Assembly: GCF_009914755.1 (NCBI RefSeq)
Contig: NC_060932.1
Origin: the human T2T-CHM13v2.0 reference genome, Homo sapiens
Reading direction: 5' to 3' (one strand)
Length of the DNA stretch: 64,000 nucleotides
Under the pieces are notes generated by a model, which was not told the DNA's origin, ran no database searches, and worked only from the letters and a program-made list of their open reading frames with translations. Shown in pieces: positions 56,771 through 64,000 of the stretch. The stretch's first letter is position 1; each line of letters starts with the position of its first letter. The position numbers were made by a program, and so were the translations under genes.

Positions 56771-56964
56771 CAGGACTCAGCAAACCTTTCCTGTAAAGGG
56801 CCAGATGGCGATGTTTTAGACATTGGGGGCCATATGGTCTCTGTCTCAGTGACTCAACTCAGCCATTGTGGGGAGAAACATATGGCTGTGTTCTAATAAA
56901 ACTTTATTTACCACAACAGAAGGTGAGCTGAATTTGGCTCATGGACTGTGGTTTGCCAGTCTTG
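56771..56964. mobile_element. MER58A-like hAT relic
   Basis: cagcaaacctttcctgtaaagggccagat...ggctgtgttctaataaaactttattta...tttgcc. Confidence 0.8.
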
Positions 56965-57275
56965 CTCTAGATAAACCTACACTCTATCTTCCAGCTGCTG
57001 TAGCCTTTAACTGACTCACAAAGACTTGTCAATCACACCACATGGCCCCATCCTCTTACTCCAAAGGGTTGGAAAGATCCAGAATGGAAGTCTCAAAAGC
57101 AGTACCAAAAGCCCTGAATTTTCTTCAGCATCAGTTCTAGTACCTGTCGCTCACTGAGTTTTTGATATTCGTGTGGCCTTACTAACATTTTACTGTCCAG
57201 AGACTCAGGTGTTATTAATTCCATCTTATGCATGAGGAACCGAGGGGCCTATAGTGCCACACAGCTTCAGGAAAG

Positions 57276-57490
57276 TGCTCTGTGAAGTCAGGTGGACCCG
57301 GGTTCGAGTCCTAGCTCCAACACTTTCTCATTGTGGATCCTGGAGAAAGTCCATTATTCTCACTAGACATCTTCTGAAAAATAGGGATAATAATACTTAT
57401 TGCATGGGGTAATACCTATTGTTGTTTAGACAGCATGAAATAATGCAGAGCACAGCACTTAGTAAACTCTTGGCGAATGGTTTGTTGTGA
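57276..57490 (+). mobile_element. MIR with intact Pol III B-box
   Basis: agtcaggtggacccGGGTTCGAGTCCtagctcc...ctgaaaaatagggataataatac. Confidence 0.7.
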
Positions 57491-58109
57491 AAATTGGCAG
57501 TGCTGAGATCTAAATCCAACTCTGTCTGCCTCCAAGTTCTTTGTTCTGTCCTCTGCATCACACGTCTCCCTTCTCAACAAGGAGGTTCTTGGTGAAATCA
57601 CACCCTCTCATTTTTGTATCTATTCTTATTGGCACTTTTCCCTTGAAAACATATCTGGGACATGGCCTTGATGTTACAAGGCAGAGCACTGTCCTGTGGC
57701 AATAAAGCAGGATTCTCTGTGTCATCCTGGAGGAGGGCTAATCAGGATGGCCCCCTTGGAGGGCAATGACTCAGAGGTCCAATAGGAAAGTCCATTGCTC
57801 ATGACTCGTGTAGGCACAGCAGCCTTGATCCAGGGAATTGGTGACGGCCAGGGAGCAGAGACCTTATTTGCAGCCCTGATGGAGTCAGTTTTGTTCCCCC
57901 TTTTGCCTCAAGGCCAGCCATATGGCTTCTCCTTGAAATTACCTGCTGGCAGCCTTCATAGCAGATTAGTTTATGAAGGAGAATAACTGAGAAATTGTCT
58001 ATATTTTTCATATTCCATTCTGGATGATATTAACTTTCACTCATTCACTATAATTTCTTCTAATAGAGCTGGTTCCCTATGGATTTTTTTTTTGCTGAAG
58101 GAATTATGC

Positions 58110-58285
58110 CTGCCTGCTTACCTACTTTCCTTCCTTCCTTACTTCTTTCCTTCCTTCCTTCCTTCTTTCCCTCCAACCCTCCCTCCCTTCCTCCCTCCAT
58201 CCCTCCCTCCCTCCCTCCCTCCTTCCTTCCTTCCTTCCTTCCTTCCTTCCTTCCTTCCTTCCCTTACTTCCTTTTTTTCTTCTTT
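58110..58285. repeat. (CCTT)n/(CCCT)n polypyrimidine tract
   Basis: Runs of ccttccttcctt and ccctccctccct. Confidence 0.92.
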
Positions 58286-59030
58286 CCTGTCATCCATCCG
58301 AACTTTCAAAATATTATATGCCATGTTACACACTCAGGGAGGCAAAAAACAAAGCTCCAATCTCAAGGCACTCACAGCCTGGCTGGGGAGAGATCAGTGA
58401 GTATTCAGCTAGACCATCCTGTGAAGAAGCCTGTTACATCACAGCCAGGGTGGTCAGGGCAGGTGTGCTGGGGTAGGAAATGCTGGCAGAAGTCTTGAAA
58501 GGTGAGGAGGAATCGTTGCTCAGACAAGAGCAGACAGAAGGTAGTGCATGTTTGTGCATGTATATGTGTGTGTGTGTGTGTGTGTATACCTGTGCTGAGG
58601 GTGCTAAAGTGAAGAAGAACATTCCAGAAAGATTGGTATAAATGCAGGGAGTCAAGAAGTTGCTGACTCTTTGGAAACAGTGCTCATAATTTGTACAGCT
58701 GGGGAATGGGGTGTGTGGGAAACGTGACAAGAAGTGGGGCCAGAGAGACAGGGACAGGCCAGGAGAGGCCTTGGAGCACAGCAAGGGGAGTGGGCTGGAG
58801 ATGGGACCATGGAAGGATTTTAAGCTGGAGAGAGAGAGGACCAGGTGCGGGCTTGAGCCACCTTCCGAAGGGGTGAAGGACATTTACGGTTCCTCACAGA
58901 TGTCTTTCTTCAGCAGAAATGCGGCTGTCAATGTTGGGGGGTTTGTGGACAAGGGTTGGCAGGAGGGGTGGCCTGACCCTAAAGCTCTGTGAGACTCTCA
59001 AACTCAAATAGGTATAACTGTCTTATTTTA

Positions 59031-59118
59031 TTAGGCTGGTGCAAAAGTAATTACGGTTTTTGCAATTTTTTTTTTTTTTTTAATTGCAAAAACCACAATT
59101 ACTTTTGCGCCAGCTTAA
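59031..59118. mobile_element. MADE1 (Hsmar1-derived MITE) with TA target-site duplication
   Basis: ta|ttaggctggtgcaaaagtaattacggtttttgcaa-T run-aattgcaaaaaccacaattacttttgcgccagcttaa|ta. Confidence 0.92.
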
Positions 59119-60551
59119 TATTAAGGAAGGGTCTGAGGCTAAAGGATTTTCCAGTGATTTTGAGGGATTTAACTGAGGGTCAGCACCTATTGGTGGCAGT
59201 GGACCCAATGGTCTTGAGAGAGCCCCTTCTCCCGAGGGAAGGTTGACAGTAAGGCAGCCGTGGTCTCATTCTGACTTAGAAACGTGCTCTTTTGGGTGGA
59301 AAAGACTTGACGTCAGAGACGGAGAGAACCGGTGGGAGGAAACAGCGTGTGCATTCCCTGAGCACAGACAAGAGTCTGGGACCTGTGGGATTTGCAGCGG
59401 AAGTTAAGTTCTAGCTCTCTCATTTCTGCTAGTTGCCCGCACCTAGGCTTTTGGAGGCTGGGCAAGGCAGGTTGGCCGAAAGGCTTTTGTTTTCCTTCAG
59501 CGGTGAATTTGGAGGCCACTTGAAAAAAGGCCACAGTTCTGGGGTTGAAATGCTAGAGATAATCATCACCAACTTGACTCATAGAAGTAATGAAACTCCA
59601 CTCTCGGAGGGAGGATATTAATTGCTCTGGGCAGACCAAAAAACACACTGTTCAGTTTCCAAGATGTGGCTCGAGTTTCTAATTTACTCAGAAATGCCAA
59701 CTACACACGTAGACCAGAGACAGTAGTTGCTAAATCAACATTGGCTCCATCTCAGCACGTCCCACTCATTGGTACTGACTTCTCTGCCAGAGGGAGGTGG
59801 CTGGATTGGTGGAAGGAACAAAGACTTTGGTTTGGAGATGAATGAATGGAGCTCAAATCTCACCTCTGACACCTCACTGCTTGGCCGTCCTTAACCTTGA
59901 ACCTCAGTTCTCTCTAGTCTTATATGGAGATGATAACTTCCCCATAGGGTTGTAAGAAAAACGGATTAAAATATCTGCACAGTGCATGGCATATTCTATA
60001 ATTTAATTTCCCACTGACCTTTGCTGAAAAGCATACAAAGAAGTCATGCATGGACGTCTGAGGCTCAGCTTTCTCAACTGTGAAATGGGGATAAAATACA
60101 GACTTTCCATGGGTGTGATGTATTAATGTATGTAACAGGGCGATAGACTAAGTGCTGCCAGTAGTGAGCAGGATTTTAGCTTTCACCTTTTACTTGGTAA
60201 AAGCTCACTTCTTCTGGAAGTTATTTGGCAAATTCTCAAGAACACAACTCTGAACCATGAAACAAAGTAAAACAACCCCCCTCTTTATTTTACCCCTATT
60301 TGAAATCCCTGTCTGACCCTCTCATCTCCTACAAGCATGTCACTTCCCGGACAGCAGGAAGCTCGCCTGACTTCTTCACAGCTGCTTCCCTGCTTCTTAG
60401 AGTCTGACACACAGTAGGTTCTCAGTGGACATTTGTTAAATGAATGAGCTCTTGAACTGGTTTGAGGATTTTCTTTACCCTGTGTGTTCTGGGATTGTAA
60501 CTGTGAAGCATGTGTCTTGATTTTTAACATCATTTCTCTGTTTTTTTCTAG

Positions 60552-60701
60552 TTAAGTGTCCTGAAGGAAGCTATTCCCAAGATGAGGAATGCATTCCTTG
60601 TCCTGTTGGATTCTACCAAGAACAGGCAGGGAGCTTGGCCTGTGTCCCATGTCCTGTGGGCAGAACGACCATTTCTGCTGGAGCTTTCAGCCAGACTCAC
60701 T
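60552..60701 (+). CDS. TG: TG exon 21 (c.4379-4528), type-2 Cys-rich repeats
   Basis: Acceptor tttttttctag; KCPEGSYSQDEECIPCPVGFYQEQAGSLACVPCPVGRTTISAGAFSQTH; donor GTAAGT. Confidence 0.97.
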
Positions 60702-60758
60702 GTAAGTTCTGTGGAGTGCTTCTTTGAAAGAAAAGCCCTGCAATGAAATGGAACTCAA

Positions 60759-60980
60759 CAGGGTTTCCCAATCTCTGCACTATTGACATTTTGGGACAGA
60801 TAATTCTTTGTGCAGGGTTGGCCTGTGCTTGGTAGGATATTTAGTAGCATTGGTAGCTCTCAGATGCCAGTAGCACTCCTCCCTAAGTTGTGACAGCCAA
60901 ACATGTCTCCAGACATTGCCAAATGTCTCTTGGGTGGAAATGGCAGGGAGAGCAAAATTGCCTACCTGTGAGAACTATTG
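60759..60980. mobile_element. MER20 hAT relic just after exon 21
   Basis: cagggtttcccaatct..cactattgacattttgggacagataattctttg...gtctccagacattgccaaatgtc...gagaactattg. Confidence 0.88.
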
Positions 60981-62048
60981 GGTACACAACATAATAATCA
61001 AAGGGGCCGCCATCTTTGAATACTTACCTACTGCTAGGCCCTGGGCCAGGCATTTTACCTGTGTTGCCTCATTCAGTGCTCCCAATACCTCTTCCAATAT
61101 TAGTAGCCCAGCTTTTACAGATAAGAAAGCTAAGACTCCAAGAAAAGAAAGTTAGTCAAAGTCACTCAGCTAATGGATGATGTAACTGGTCTTTGATCTT
61201 GGTTTTATCTGATTCTGAAACTTCTGATTTTTGTAAGTCAACCTTATCAGATTGAAAAATGGAAGATATTTTCCACCTATAGTCATTACTGCTATGTAGC
61301 TCATCTTCCTTCTCTGCTGCATGAATTTGCCAGGACTGTATGTATGGGTGGCCTTCCCATATGTCACGTGATTTCACTCGACCTACTTACTTAATAGTCC
61401 CCTGGGTATTGTTGGGTTTTTTTCCTAGCAAGGACCCATAACTTGCCTTGTTGTGCATCTCTTCTTGTTAGTCTGAAACTGTGTCAATGTGAAGGAAACT
61501 GTTGTGCTTACAATCCAAATAATTTCTAGAATTTTTAAAACAAGTCATCAGAAAAGATCAAGATACTTTCTTTGCTCAGGGCAGTTTCCTGGTCAGGAAA
61601 GCAGTAATAATAGAACAGTAATTCCAATAAAATAAAAGTAAAAGGAATTTTATAGGCTGAGAGTCTGGCATTCTTCCTGGAGAATAAACTCTTCACTGGG
61701 AAAATAGAGTGTCCTTGACATCTGGGCATCACCCTCAGTTTGTACACAATGACTTGAGTACTTGTAGTTTGAGATGACTTGAAGTGCTATCAAAATACCA
61801 GAGAAGCACTTTCTTAAAAGAAGATTAATGTAGTGTGCTGAGCCTTGTTTATGGAGGGGATATGACAGAAATGGCAGGAATAGAGGACACAGGTTGAGGC
61901 TTGCACCAGCCAGACCAGGTTTGATCACCACTCTCCCTTCTTACTGGCACTGTGACCTAGACAAAGCTACCTTCCTCTTCTGAATGTCAGCTCCCTCCTG
62001 TATTGGGTGGAGCCAATGATAACTCACTCACAGGGTGGTAATAAAGGG

Positions 62049-62425
62049 TGTCTTAGGTCAGGCTGCTATTGCAAATTACCATACACTGGGTTGCCTAAGC
62101 AACACATTTGTTTCACACAGTTCTACAGGCTGGAAGTCTGAGGTCAGTGTGCCCACATGATTGGGTTCTTGTTGAAGGCTCTCTTTCTGTTTATGTCCTC
62201 ACATGGTCTTTGCTTAGTACCTACACAGAGAAAAAGAGAGAAAAATCTCCTGTCCTTCTCTTTCTAATAAGGGCATTAACAACATCGTGGGGGCTGCACC
62301 CTCATGGCCTCAGTTAAACCTAGTTACTTTCTAAAGGCCTCACCTCCAAATACCATCACACTGGGGATTAGAGCTTCCATATATAAGTTTGGTAAGGGAG
62401 GGACACAAACAATCAGTCTGTAGCA
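62049..62425 (-). mobile_element. MLT1A0-like MaLR LTR
   Basis: tgtcttagg..ggctgctattgcaaattaccatacactggg...ctccaaataccatcacactggggattag...tcagtctgtagca. Confidence 0.85.
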
Positions 62426-63757
62426 AAGTGGAATCAAAATGTTTAGCATAAACAATAAGCATTTATTCCCCACCCATTTTGGGGGTGAGCATTGATTGCA
62501 TTTTCATGCAGTAGTAGAGAGCTGTATTGAATCATTGCCATTCTCCCAAACATCTTCCCTGAGCAGTGAAAGAGATTTTAGTGAATGGTTCTCTAGGATC
62601 AAGGTTGGAGTCTGTGCTAAGGATCTGTTCATACCTAAGAAACTTCTCTATGACTCATTAACCCGCATTGAATTACCAGGCCTGTGTTCTTAGATGGAAT
62701 TGTACTGAAGAGAAGCACAGGGCAGAAGAGTCTGCCAAGTTTTAAATAATGCCAGATTACAATATTTCTTTGATTTCCTTTTGGTGTTAGGTTAGCTTTT
62801 AGAATCCCAACTCCTCTATATAGTTCAGGTCTCTATTATTGATCTTGCTTATACTTTTCTCCTACATTTTATAACTTAGCTGGTTCACTGGACCATGTTT
62901 GAGGTTCTGCTGATAACTCTTCAGCAGAAGTAGCTCTTCATTTACTTGTTTGTTTATTGATGTATTAACTCATGTATAGCATGCAGGACATGCAAAGTAT
63001 TCTATTTAAAAATAGCCTTTGTAACCTCCCACAAAAAAGTTCTTATTAATCAATGGTGAATCACATAACCAATAGTCTGGAAATATAGAAACTCAGATGT
63101 TATGAAATCTCTGGGCTGCCATAAAATATTATCTTTCACCTACTTCCCAGACCTGGAGAACCAAATGAAGGCATTCCCTTTTAATATCATTCATCCAAAA
63201 TTTATTGAGTACCTGCTTTCTGCCAACTGTATAGTGGGTATATATTAAATAAAACAAGTAATGATAAAGTCCCTGTCCTCAAGGAGTTTAGAGTCTGACA
63301 GAGAAAAGAAACGTGTGAGCATATCCATGTGATGTAATGAATAGTATAATGGAGGTACATATTAGATACTGTTATAGCAGCTTGTGAGAGGTCTTGAAGG
63401 ACAAGGGGACATTAGCTAGGGGGCCCGGTGGAGAAAGGCCTTCTAGGAAGAAGAAACAGCTTGAACATGGATATAGAGGTATTCATCCATGGATTTGACT
63501 AGCATTTATTGATTTTGGACAGAAGCTTGTTTTGTGGGTCAGACACTGAGCAAGGCATTTGGATACAATAATGAGCAAAACCATACCTGGTCTGTGCCTT
63601 TCTGGAACGTCTATCGAGTGGGAGGCAGGCAGTCATCAATCGTTCATTCACACAGGAAAATGGGAATTGTAACAGTGTGCCCTGCTGTGAAGGAGAGGTG
63701 TGGGTCCCTGGGATAGTGTGTAACATTTGGGCCTGACTGGGCTGGGACGTCCAGAGA

Positions 63758-64000
63758 TGTCTTAGTCCATTTGGGCTGCTATAAGAAAATACCATAAACT
63801 GGGTGGCTTATAAACAGCAGAAATTTATTTCTCACAGTTCTGGAGACTGGGAAGTCCAAGATCAAGTTGTCAGCAGATTTGGTGTCTGATAAAGGTATCA
63901 CAGATGGCGCCTTCTCACTGTGCCCTCACATGCTGGAAGGAACAAATGAGCCCCCTTGGGCCTCTTTTAAAGGGTACAAATCTCATTCATGAGTGTTCCA
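63758..64000 (-). mobile_element. MLT1A/MSTD-like MaLR LTR, cut by the window edge
   Basis: tgtcttagtccatttgggctgctataagaaaataccataaactgggtggcttataaac. Confidence 0.85.

Noticed and set aside
57290-57330. tRNA-like T-loop GGTTCGAGTCC
   Set aside because: No cloverleaf or acceptor stem; it is the tRNA-derived head of a MIR.
54442-64000. A nested gene such as SLA inside TG introns
   Set aside because: SLA is known to lie in a much more distal TG intron; no spliceable SH3/SH2 coding exons are visible here.

Overview
Human genomic DNA covering the 5' part of the thyroglobulin gene (TG; chr8q24 from established knowledge) on the + strand. The window holds about 8 kb of upstream sequence, a TATA promoter (TATAAAA 8104-8110, TSS about 8138, ATG 8179) and coding exons 1-21. 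All 21 exons were traced by GT-AG boundaries and splice into one open frame of 4528 nt (1509 codons + 1 nt): signal peptide, thyroglobulin type-1 repeats, hinge region and type-2 repeats. The gene runs off the right edge in intron 21. The rest is typical primate intronic DNA: Alu, L1, L2, MIR, MaLR LTRs, Tigger3, MER and MADE transposon relics, and simple repeats. I found no convincing wholly new system. The best leads are candidate intronic-polyadenylation mini-thyroglobulin isoforms (introns 5, 8 and 17), several short local templated duplications, the -1623 promoter site lying inside a solo MLT1 LTR, a ~1 kb UG-rich tract next to exon 11, a MADE1 hairpin, and the phase-1 exon architecture. 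Repeat subfamily calls and literature links are from memory and were not checked by search.
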